From an uncultured bacterium (GTDB taxonomy: Bacteria; Krumholzibacteriota; Krumholzibacteriia; WVZY01), in contig CBDVBZ010000002.1 in the NCBI GenBank assembly GCA_965372355.1, forward strand, positions 27,541-91,540: DNA of 64,000 bases, in the 5' to 3' direction. This document shows, in pieces, positions 15,784 to 23,717 of the stretch. How positions within the stretch are numbered: the first letter of the stretch is position 1; every line of letters begins with the position of its first letter. Position numbers and translations under genes: made by a program. A model generated the notes under the pieces. That model did no database searches, was not told the DNA's origin, and saw only the letters and a list, made by a program, of their open reading frames with translations.

Positions 15784-17226
15784 GTGACGCGGCTCGTATG
15801 CATATTCGAGGACAAGAAGTTCTCCAACTTCTTTCCGTTATCGTTGAGTCAGCCGGTCTTTGCGCTGCGGATTGGCACTCGAAGCTTAAGCACCCGCCTG
15901 CAAACGGACAGCGGGGGGGAGAAGTTTGGCGTGTTGTGCAGGGACTATCTCGCGGCGTTGGTGGCTGCCAAGGACCCGGAGGTTGCCGTCAACGATTTGC
16001 CCGATGGCGACACAGTGTTCTTGAACGGACGCCTGCTGTGCTATGGCACTGAGCTAAACGAGCTGCTGGACAAGATCCCGGACGGTGGTATCGCCGTCAA
16101 GGGGGGGTATGTGGTTGCGGCGAAGCTTCCCGGGGAGGTGGCGAAGGACTTTGCGGGTTACATTCGCGGACGTATCTCGGAGGAAACGAGCGAGCAGCTC
16201 TGTGAGGAGCTCCGCGGCTATGTGATCGGCGGCAAGAAACCGGCGCCGGGCAAAGCAAAAACAAAGAAGAAGGCTCCCGAGGCCGAGGCGGCCGAAGGGT
16301 CTTTCGAGGACGATCACGCGACGGGTCAGGATGCCGTTGCGGAAAAACTGCCCCAGCGGCTGCTGCAGTTTATCGATAAGCACAATCTCACCCGGCTGGA
16401 CACATCGGAGGTGCGGCTGCTGTCGTTCCCATGGCAGATCATCGAGGAGAACCCGGTTGCCATCGAGGACGATTTTCAGAAGTCACCGTTTCGTGGCCAG
16501 TCGGAGGAATCGATCGTGTACCCCGGCGTGAAGATGGTTGGGGAGGAGGATATCTTTATTGGTGAGTCGAGCGTTATTCGGCCTGGTGTTGTGCTCGACG
16601 CGTCCTCGGGGCCGATCATCATCGGTGACGGCACGACGGTGATGCCGAATGCCACCATTCTCGGACCCGTGTGTATCGGGAAGGGGTGCATTGTGAAATC
16701 GGGGGCGAAGATACTCGAGGGTACCTCGATCGGGGATACGTGCAAGATCGGCGGTGAGGTCGACCAGACGGTTTTCGGCGCATACTCCAACAAACAGCAC
16801 GACGGGTTTATCGGACACTCGTATATCGGCGAGTGGGTGAACATCGGGGCGGGTACGAACAACAGTGATCTCAAAAACAACTACAGCCCCGTGCGCATGT
16901 GGTCCGCCGGGATGATTCGCCAGACGGGGAGGCAGTTTCTTGGATTGATCATGGGGGACCACAGCAAGACAGGAATAGGCATGCTGTTCAATTCCGGAAC
17001 CGTTGTCGGGTTCAACTGCAACCTCTATGGCAGCACGATCATTGACAAGTTCGTGCCAAGTTTCTCGTGGGGACAGAGTGGTGAGATGACCGACTATCAG
17101 CTCGAGAAGGCACTTTTGACCGCTCAGGTCGTCATGGAACGGCGCAATGTTAAGTTCGATAAGGTCTATCGGAGTGTTTTTCAAAGAATCTTCGAGCTCA
17201 CCGAGAAATGTCAGAGGAACGTGTAG
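15784..17226 (+). CDS. GlmU-like protein: degenerate nucleotidyltransferase-like N-terminus + left-handed beta-helix (hexapeptide-repeat) domain, with a Lys/Ala-rich insert
   Basis: Hexapeptide repeats from ~aa 250 (IGESSVIRPGVVLDASSGPIIIGDGTTVMPNATILGPVCIGKGCIVKSGAKI...); Lys/Ala-rich low-complexity insert KKPAPGKAKTKKKAPEAEAAEG. Confidence 0.55.
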   Translation: MTRLVCIFEDKKFSNFFPLSLSQPVFALRIGTRSLSTRLQTDSGGEKFGVLCRDYLAALVAAKDPEVAVNDLPDGDTVFLNGRLLCYGTELNELLDKIPDGGIAVKGGYVVAAKLPGEVAKDFAGYIRGRISEETSEQLCEELRGYVIGGKKPAPGKAKTKKKAPEAEAAEGSFEDDHATGQDAVAEKLPQRLLQFIDKHNLTRLDTSEVRLLSFPWQIIEENPVAIEDDFQKSPFRGQSEESIVYPGVKMVGEEDIFIGESSVIRPGVVLDASSGPIIIGDGTTVMPNATILGPVCIGKGCIVKSGAKILEGTSIGDTCKIGGEVDQTVFGAYSNKQHDGFIGHSYIGEWVNIGAGTNNSDLKNNYSPVRMWSAGMIRQTGRQFLGLIMGDHSKTGIGMLFNSGTVVGFNCNLYGSTIIDKFVPSFSWGQSGEMTDYQLEKALLTAQVVMERRNVKFDKVYRSVFQRIFELTEKCQRNV

Positions 17227-17740
17227 AGCATTCCGCCTTTACACGAAACGACAGGGAACACCCCGACACCATTCGCCACCGTCGTCGCCGATCCGCAACA
17301 GTCGGGTGTCACGCGCTATCCGTCCGCTAGATAACGCACAGCACCGGGTCTCCGAACGGTTCGACGTATCCGACATCAGCACAAGCGCTTCCACGAACTA
17401 CCCGATACAAGGCTTGCGCAGACTCGCCCAGGCTCGGTCGGGGCAGATCCACGCCCGTGCAGACGCGTGTTCAATGCAGGCTCCGTAAGTGACTATTTCA
17501 CAAGACGAAAAACCGATCGACCCGGGTAATTCCCGGGCCGGCGGCGGATGTTCGCCCGTGGCATGTTACTTGATAATGGAAGGGCAGAGATCAGAAATAA
17601 CCCTGCCTTGACCGTGACTTGCTATGGCGTAGGCCCATTCCTCAAGGTTAATGCCGTTCGACGTGTCCATGCACACGACAAGGCGGGGCTTCTGTCTCTC
17701 ACTTCCAACCACCTCCCAGCACATTCCGACAACTCCATGA

Positions 17741-17786
17741 AGGGGACATAGTCTCATTGCCGTTACAGGGGACATAGTCTCATTGC
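17741..17786. repeat. two tandem 20-nt direct repeats AGGGGACATAGTCTCATTGC (26-nt period) just upstream of the sppA promoter
   Basis: Exact copies at 17741-17760 and 17767-17786; an additional GACAACTCCAT motif is repeated at 17728 and 17794. Confidence 0.6.
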
Positions 17787-17809
17787 TAACACAGACAACT
17801 CCATAGGCG

Positions 17810-17838
17810 TTGACACGAAAGCAATGACTTGTTATGTT
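17810..17838 (+). promoter_or_regulatory. sigma-70-like promoter TTGACA-17-TATGTT for sppA
   Basis: Consensus -35, 17-nt spacer, -10 hexamer TATGTT (3/6 to TATAAT), ~75 nt upstream of the sppA start codon. Confidence 0.45.
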
Positions 17839-17915
17839 CCGACGCGCTCGGGCACAGCGAGGTGCCCCGTTCAAAAGAGATAACGGTTTCTAGCTTCGTC
17901 GAACGCGATCGTCTC

Positions 17916-18791
17916 ATGGAAAGAAAGCGAAACGTGGCGTTCCTTCTCCTCTTCGGCGCTGCCGTAGTGGTGACGTTGCTCTTCGTTGCGGTGTATCTCG
18001 GGTTGCTATTTTTCTCGACCGATCATGTAGCGCTGGGTGATGCCATTGCGGTCGTCGATGTTCGTGGAGAGATATACTACGACCGGTGGAAGATCGATGA
18101 GATCGAAGCCCACCGGGACAACGACAAGGTGAAGGCCGTGCTCGTTTTTATCAACAGCCCCGGTGGTGGCGTGACCGCGTCACAGGCAATCTACGAGGCT
18201 CTGCTGAGCACGAGAGAGAAGAAGCCGGTGGTCGCGTTCATGGCCTCGGTCGCCGCCTCAGGCGGGTACTATGTGGCGTGCGCGGCGGATTCGATCATCG
18301 CCCACGAGGGAACGCTCACGGGCAGCATCGGCGTGATCGCGTCGTTTCTCCACACGGAGGAGCTTTTCCATAAGATCGGCCTGGATGTAACTGTTATCAC
18401 GGCAGGCAAATACAAGGACGTCGGATCTCCGCACCGGCTGATGACCGAGGAGGAGCGGGCGTATCTCGGCGGGTTGCTCGACGACGTTTACCAGCAGTTT
18501 CTGAGGGCGGTGAGCCTCGGACGGGACATGCCGGTCGAGGAGGTAGCGGAGATCGCGGAGGGACGGCTGTACACGGGTGGGCAGGCTCTGCGCCTGGGTC
18601 TCGTCGACCGTCTGGGTACGTACGAGCAGGCGCTCCAGACGGCAGCCTCGATGGGTGGTATCGAAGGCGAGCCCAGGGTGATTCGCAAGCGCAAGAAGCG
18701 GTCGCTGGTGGAGCGAATCCTGGGGCAGGAAACCCCCAGGTTGCCGCTGGCCCATGGCGAGCGGATGCGCTTGGAGTACATAATCCCGTAA
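17916..18791 (+). CDS. sppA: signal peptide peptidase SppA (S49 family, 36K type)
   Basis: VLVFINSPGGGVTASQAIYEAL...ASVAASGGYYVACAADSIIAHEGTLTGSIGV; N-terminal TM helix; ATG 17916 chosen over ORF-track 17829. Confidence 0.85.
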   Translation: MERKRNVAFLLLFGAAVVVTLLFVAVYLGLLFFSTDHVALGDAIAVVDVRGEIYYDRWKIDEIEAHRDNDKVKAVLVFINSPGGGVTASQAIYEALLSTREKKPVVAFMASVAASGGYYVACAADSIIAHEGTLTGSIGVIASFLHTEELFHKIGLDVTVITAGKYKDVGSPHRLMTEEERAYLGGLLDDVYQQFLRAVSLGRDMPVEEVAEIAEGRLYTGGQALRLGLVDRLGTYEQALQTAASMGGIEGEPRVIRKRKKRSLVERILGQETPRLPLAHGERMRLEYIIP

Positions 18792-18799
18792 ACTATTAT

Positions 18800-18828
18800 T
18801 TGACACCGTTTCGTTAGTGTGTTAATTT
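18800..18828 (+). promoter_or_regulatory. sigma-70-like promoter TTGACA-17-TAATTT upstream of the HU gene
   Basis: Seen in sequence; ~125 nt upstream of hup. Confidence 0.4.
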
Positions 18829-18952
18829 GATTCGGCTGGACAATTCTGTTCTTTTTGCCCCCGGTGCACATGCTGTCGAAGAATGACCTCGGGAGGTCAC
18901 ATCAACGGGTGGGGGCGATATGCCTGTGTAGTGGCAAGAAAACCGGAATGAG

Positions 18953-19255
18953 GTGAAGGCTATGACAAAAGCGGACCTGGTGGAAGAAATATCGAGACAG
19001 ACAGGACTCAACAAAAAGGACACCAGCATAGTTGTAAATGAAATCATTGGAAATATTTGTAAAGCACTGGCCGAGGGCGACAAAGTGGAGCTTCGCGGAT
19101 TCGGGAGCTTCAAAGTCAAGGAGCGTCGCGCGCGCAAAGCGAGAAACCCTCGTACCGGTGAAGGAGTCTTTGTTCCTGCCAAGCTGGTGCCCTATTTCAA
19201 AGCATCGAACGAGTTGAAGTCGCGCGTCAACAGTTCAGGCAACAAGCCAGAGTAG
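18953..19255 (+). CDS. hup: HU/IHF-family nucleoid-associated DNA-binding protein
   Basis: MTKADLVEEIS...KVELRGFGSFKVKERRARKARNPRTGE matches the HU/IHF fold signature. Confidence 0.9.
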   Translation: MKAMTKADLVEEISRQTGLNKKDTSIVVNEIIGNICKALAEGDKVELRGFGSFKVKERRARKARNPRTGEGVFVPAKLVPYFKASNELKSRVNSSGNKPE

Positions 19256-19268
19256 AGAGGTCGAGCAG

Positions 19269-19364
19269 ATGCCCTGCGGGAGAAAACGCAAGCGCAAGAA
19301 GATCGCCACGCACAAGCGTAAGAAGCGGCTTCGCAAGAATCGTCACAAGAAAAAGAACCGCTAG
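19269..19364 (+). CDS. 31-aa highly basic protein MPCGRKRKRKKIATHKRKKRLRKNRHKKKNR, probable ribosomal protein bS22 (absent from the ORF track because <60 aa)
   Basis: AGAGAGG RBS 8 nt upstream; composition and HKRKKRLRKNRHKK core resemble bS22 (AURKAIP1/COX24-like) small ribosomal proteins of the FCB group and actinobacteria; 13 nt after hup. Confidence 0.55.
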   Translation: MPCGRKRKRKKIATHKRKKRLRKNRHKKKNR

Positions 19365-19497
19365 ACCACCGGTTTGGGTGGTGGTGTTTCTCCCGAGGAC
19401 AGACCCAGAAGCTCGAGCTCATGTGAGCCGAGGGTTCGGTCTTTCCTGACGCGCCGAACCGACGTCAGAGCAAACACTTTCCGGAGAGATTCGTTCA

Positions 19498-19866
19498 ATG
19501 ACGGACAACGAACGCAGACGAGCCGTGCGGGCGCCTGCCAAGCTGGCGATGGAGATCAAGCTTGGGGGCCGTGACCGGGCTTTGGCCGAGACGATCAACG
19601 TCAGCGCAAACGGGGTTTATTTTTTCAGCAAAACCCACATCCCGCCGCTCACGCGGCTTCAGATCACCCTGATGCTTCCGCAGCACGGTGAGGGCCCCAA
19701 GCCGGCGCATAGACAGGTTGTCTGTGACGGTGTCGTGGTTCGAACCGACCCGGATACGCCTCGTCCGGAACAGGAACAGTACGAGATCGCGTGTTATTTT
19801 ACATCGATATCGGGTGCCGACAAGGATAAGCTGGAGTCGTATATCCTGAAACAACTGGCGTTTTAG
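19498..19866 (+). CDS. PilZ-domain protein (c-di-GMP receptor)
   Basis: RRRAVRAP (RxxxR) and NVSANGVYF (D/N-x-S-x-x-G) PilZ motifs. Confidence 0.7.
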   Translation: MTDNERRRAVRAPAKLAMEIKLGGRDRALAETINVSANGVYFFSKTHIPPLTRLQITLMLPQHGEGPKPAHRQVVCDGVVVRTDPDTPRPEQEQYEIACYFTSISGADKDKLESYILKQLAF

Positions 19867-19939
19867 CACTTATCCCCAGAACATTTTAGTTGATGAAATA
19901 TTTGAACCCGTGGTAAGAAACTAGGCGGGACAGGCTGCC

Positions 19940-22075
19940 GTGGTACGGGATCGCGGACAGCCGCTCTGCGCTATGACAGCCAACGAAATCGAGAAGCCTC
20001 TCGTGGAACCCCAGGTTCTGATCGCGACGTCGGACGAAAGCTTGGCCAGTCAACTCGCTTCGGCGATTGCGGCCACGGGTATCGGCGTCGAGCGAACGCC
20101 GTCGGCCGCAACCGCGATGGAGTCTCTGCAAGGGTGGCGCTGTCAGGTCGCGGTTTTCGATGCCGATGGTATGGGGGAACATGTGGGGGACTACCTGTCG
20201 AGTATACGCCAGAACCGCCCTGATGTTGTCGTCCTGGTTATGGCCACCGAACCGACGCGCAGGCTGCTCCTCGATCTGATCCATTCACAAGTTTTCGACT
20301 TTTTCCCAAAACCCGTGAATACCACTCGGCTGTGTGAAACCGTTCGGTCCGTCTGTGTGGTACCCGATGAGGGATCGGAGATGCGGGTTCCCGATCCCTC
20401 GACGGAGATGGCAGCGGACGACAAACGGACGGAGGCATCCCGGGAGGTCTTCCGGACGAACCAGAAAGTGCGGGAGCTCGTTGCGGCGCTTCGGCGACAG
20501 GTCTCCCAGTTGACAATTCTTTATCAGATGGGGCGTGACATTTCGGAGAACGAGAACTGGAGCGATGCGCTGGATCGTTTTCTGATGGCGCTCGTCAATT
20601 ATATCGATGCGGAGGGGGCCGCCCTGCTGCTCTTTAGTGAGGGGGAATCCAGACTCTCCGCCAGGTCGAACTTCCAGATCGACCCAGCGATTCTCTCGCA
20701 GTCCTGCCAGGTCCTCATGCAGAATTGGCGGGACAACCCGAGAGGCAACGAGATCCATGCGGTAGAGAGCTACCGGGAAATGGTGTTCAACGCCTGTCTC
20801 GACCGCCGCCGGTCCTGGCGGTTCACGATCATACCGCTAAAGCACCGCAGTCGCTCGCTGGGGTTTCTTGCTATCGACAAACTCTACGGCTCACGGCGGT
20901 CCTTCCGTAGCGACTATCAGTTTCTCAATACACTACAGACAATTCTTGCCGAGGAAGTCGTCAACGCCTCCTATATTAGCGAACTCCGGCAACTGAGCCG
21001 TTTCAATCATAAGGTCCTCGACAACATAAAGAGCGGGGTGATCACGACGGATTTGCAAGGAAACGTCCGCTTCTATAACGAGCAGGCCGCGTCCATATGC
21101 CCTCAGATCAAGGGGCGGGAGACGGTGCACTTCGACAGACTATTCGCGAGCGAGGCTTTTGGCGACGATTTCTACGAGAAGGTTCTTCGGTCGTCCAAGG
21201 ACACGCACGTTCTCAGCGTGGAATGCAACCGTGGGAGCGAGTCGAGATTTCCGGCGCGGTTGAGCACTGCGAAGATGCACGACGACAACCTGAACGGAAC
21301 GGTGGTCGTGGCGATCTTCGAGGATCTCACCGAGCAGAAGCGGCTGGAGAAGGAAATCAGGCGCAACGATCGTCTTCGCGTTCTGGGGCAGCTGTCCGCC
21401 GGTATTGCGCATGAGATCCGCAATCCGCTCACGGGCATTGCGACCACCGTTGAGGTGCTCGGAAGCAAGATTAAGGGTGAGCCCGAGGCAACCAAATACA
21501 TTGGTGTCATTATGGAAGAAATCAATCGTCTCGACGGGATCGTGCGCAACCTTCTCAACTTTGCCCATCCAACGAGGCCGCAAATCAAGGAGCTTGCCCT
21601 GGTGGATTTGTCGGAGCGCGTCACGGGGTTGCTCTCCGACGAGGCGAGAAAGAAGGGAATCGATCTAGAGGTGGAGGACCGGCTTACCCACAAGATGTGC
21701 AGCGCGGACATCAACCAGCTCACCCAGGTGCTTCTCAACATGGTCATCAATTCGATACAGGCGTGTGAACGCGGTGACCACGTCAAGATCGTGTTGGAAA
21801 ACGAGGGGGATACACGATCAAGGGGCGGGGCGTTCGCAAGAATCGATGTGATGGATGACGGTGTTGGGGTGCCGGTGGAGGTTCGCGGAAATTTGTTCGA
21901 GCCCTTTGTTACGACGAAAACACACGGAAAGGGTCTCGGATTGGCGATCAGTCAGCAGATAGTCGAAGAGCATCAAGGAAAAATCAGCTGTGAGTTCCTG
22001 GACAAGGGAACCTGCTTTACCATAAGACTGCCGATCAACCGCGAGAAGCGGGCCGATGGCGGTGCTCAAACCTGA
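19940..22075 (+). CDS. hybrid sensor histidine kinase (receiver-like N-terminus, GAF, PAS, HisKA, HATPase_c)
   Basis: H-box LGQLSAGIAHEIRNPLTGI; N, G1, G2 boxes toward the C-terminus (GKGLGLAISQQIV); start may be the ATG at 19973 rather than the GTG at 19940. Confidence 0.85.
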   Translation: MVRDRGQPLCAMTANEIEKPLVEPQVLIATSDESLASQLASAIAATGIGVERTPSAATAMESLQGWRCQVAVFDADGMGEHVGDYLSSIRQNRPDVVVLVMATEPTRRLLLDLIHSQVFDFFPKPVNTTRLCETVRSVCVVPDEGSEMRVPDPSTEMAADDKRTEASREVFRTNQKVRELVAALRRQVSQLTILYQMGRDISENENWSDALDRFLMALVNYIDAEGAALLLFSEGESRLSARSNFQIDPAILSQSCQVLMQNWRDNPRGNEIHAVESYREMVFNACLDRRRSWRFTIIPLKHRSRSLGFLAIDKLYGSRRSFRSDYQFLNTLQTILAEEVVNASYISELRQLSRFNHKVLDNIKSGVITTDLQGNVRFYNEQAASICPQIKGRETVHFDRLFASEAFGDDFYEKVLRSSKDTHVLSVECNRGSESRFPARLSTAKMHDDNLNGTVVVAIFEDLTEQKRLEKEIRRNDRLRVLGQLSAGIAHEIRNPLTGIATTVEVLGSKIKGEPEATKYIGVIMEEINRLDGIVRNLLNFAHPTRPQIKELALVDLSERVTGLLSDEARKKGIDLEVEDRLTHKMCSADINQLTQVLLNMVINSIQACERGDHVKIVLENEGDTRSRGGAFARIDVMDDGVGVPVEVRGNLFEPFVTTKTHGKGLGLAISQQIVEEHQGKISCEFLDKGTCFTIRLPINREKRADGGAQT

Positions 22076-22091
22076 TCGGGGGAGATTCAGA

Positions 22092-23483
22092 ATGTCGAAG
22101 ACGATTCTAGTAATCGACGACGAAAAAACAATTCGTTGGTCGTTGGGCGAAGCCCTGCGGGACGACTACGACGTGATCGATGCCGACAATGGAAGGAAGG
22201 GGTTGGATCTTTTTCGGGAGAAATCCTCAGACCTTGTTCTTATCGATCTGAAACTTCCCGACAAGAGCGGTATCGAGATTCTCAAGCAGATCAAAGAACA
22301 CGATCCAAGCGTACCCGCGATCATGATGACGGCGTACGGCGAGGTCGAAACGGCTGTCGAGGCGATGAAGGCCGGCGCCTACGATTTCGTGCTCAAGCCT
22401 TTCGCTCTCGGAAAACTCAAGATCACGATCGGCAACGCTCTCGAAACGAGAAATCTCAAGGACGAGCTGGCGTATTTGAAACGGAACACGCGGCGCGGCG
22501 ATTTCAAGGATTTCATCGGGCAAAGCAAGGTGATGAACGAGATATTCGAGAAGCTGAAGAAGATCGGGAAGAGCAAGGCCAACACGATACTGATTACGGG
22601 CGAGACCGGTGTTGGCAAGGAGCTTGTTGCTCGAACGATCCATTCATGCAGTTATTCGGAGACACGTCCGTTTATGGAGATCAACTGTGCGTCGGTGCCC
22701 GAAACGCTTCTCGAGAGCGAGCTGTTCGGATACGAGAAAGGTGCGTTCACCGATGCAAAGACACGGAAGAAGGGGCTCGTCGAGCTGGCGGAGGGTGGCA
22801 CGCTCTTTCTGGATGAAATCGGTGAGATGGGTATTACGCTTCAGTCCAGACTGCTCAGAGTGATTGAGAACAAGACGTTCCGCCGGGTCGGTGGCATTCA
22901 AGATCTTCGCGTGAATACGCGTATCGTGGCAGCCACCAATCGCGACCTGGAGTATGAGATCGTGGAGAAAACATTCCGCAAAGATCTGTATTTCAGATTG
23001 AAGGTGATACCCGTCCATGTGGCGCCGCTTCGCGAGCGGCGTGACGATGTCCCGCTTCTTGTCAATCACTTCGTCGAGCGTTTCAACAAGGAACTCGTCA
23101 AGAAGGTCAAGCCGGTCTCACGAGAGGTGATGGAGGTCATGGTCAAGTACGACTGGCCGGGCAACGTGCGCGAGTTGAAAAACGTCATCGAAAGAGCCAT
23201 GTTGCTCGATGCAGAAGACGAGATCTTTCTCGAACATCTACCCACGGAGATCCATCAGGCGCAGTCCACCGGCAGCGGCGTCGACAAAACGGCGCATGTG
23301 CTGACGTCGTTTTTCCCGATGACGCTTCGGGAGGTCGAGCGCATCCAGATCGAGAGAACGCTCGAGCAGACGAACGGCAACAAGTCGAAGGCCGCGGGAA
23401 TACTGGGTATATCGCGGCAGACGCTCCGGGAGAAAGTGAAAGGGTTCAATAGCGCAGACGCGCTACGGGCTGCGAAGACGTAG
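22092..23483 (+). CDS. sigma-54-dependent response regulator (NtrC family: REC + AAA+ sigma-54 activator + Fis-type HTH); the GAFTGA loop reads GAFTDA
   Basis: ILVIDDE...LVLIDLKLPD receiver; GETGVGKE Walker A; ELFGYEKGAFTDA; GGTLFLDEIGEM; C-terminal HTH; overlaps the kinase stop (operon). Confidence 0.85.
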   Translation: MSKTILVIDDEKTIRWSLGEALRDDYDVIDADNGRKGLDLFREKSSDLVLIDLKLPDKSGIEILKQIKEHDPSVPAIMMTAYGEVETAVEAMKAGAYDFVLKPFALGKLKITIGNALETRNLKDELAYLKRNTRRGDFKDFIGQSKVMNEIFEKLKKIGKSKANTILITGETGVGKELVARTIHSCSYSETRPFMEINCASVPETLLESELFGYEKGAFTDAKTRKKGLVELAEGGTLFLDEIGEMGITLQSRLLRVIENKTFRRVGGIQDLRVNTRIVAATNRDLEYEIVEKTFRKDLYFRLKVIPVHVAPLRERRDDVPLLVNHFVERFNKELVKKVKPVSREVMEVMVKYDWPGNVRELKNVIERAMLLDAEDEIFLEHLPTEIHQAQSTGSGVDKTAHVLTSFFPMTLREVERIQIERTLEQTNGNKSKAAGILGISRQTLREKVKGFNSADALRAAKT

Positions 23484-23508
23484 AGTGCGGCGAGATTTCT
23501 GGTGTACC

Positions 23509-23548
23509 GAAAAAATATTTGCCAGCGTGTCTGGCAAATATTTTTTTT
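23509..23548. terminator. bidirectional intrinsic terminator: perfect 15-bp palindrome AAAAATATTTGCCAG-cgtgt-CTGGCAAATATTTTT flanked by A-run and T-run
   Basis: Seen directly, 26 nt after the stop of the first activator gene; T8 on + strand, A7 on - strand. Confidence 0.7.
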
Positions 23549-23642
23549 GGCCGCTGGTGAGCCGGCGGGATTCTCGAACGCGCGATGGGCCAATCCGCTT
23601 CAACGGCAATATTTACCGACTCGCGATCAAATTGCCTAGTGC

Positions 23643-23658
23643 TGGCATGCCGCTTGCC
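23643..23658 (+). promoter_or_regulatory. sigma-54 (RpoN) promoter TGGCAT-gccgc-TTGCC
   Basis: Matches the -24/-12 consensus TGGCAC-N5-TTGCA with exact GG-N10-GC spacing; located ~60 nt upstream of the TTG start (23718) of the second activator paralog. Confidence 0.6.
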
Positions 23659-23717
23659 CTGGTGGGGCAGTGGGAGAAGACCCATCACACTCCACCAGGC
23701 AAAACAAGGAGGCTGAG

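Noticed and set aside
17227-17915. Candidate structured RNA (RNase P, tmRNA, SRP, 6S) in the long gap before sppA
   Set aside because: I looked for the conserved P4 GGAAAGUCCGG / ACAGAA motifs of RNase P, the tmRNA tag-ORF and acceptor ends, and the SRP GGAA-tetraloop helix, and found none. The region is kept only as a repeat/promoter observation.
23509-23548. TGGCA-containing palindrome as a possible sigma-54 promoter
   Set aside because: It lacks the GC dinucleotide at -12. The perfect palindrome flanked by A- and T-runs is better explained as a bidirectional terminator. The genuine-looking sigma-54 box is 100 nt downstream.
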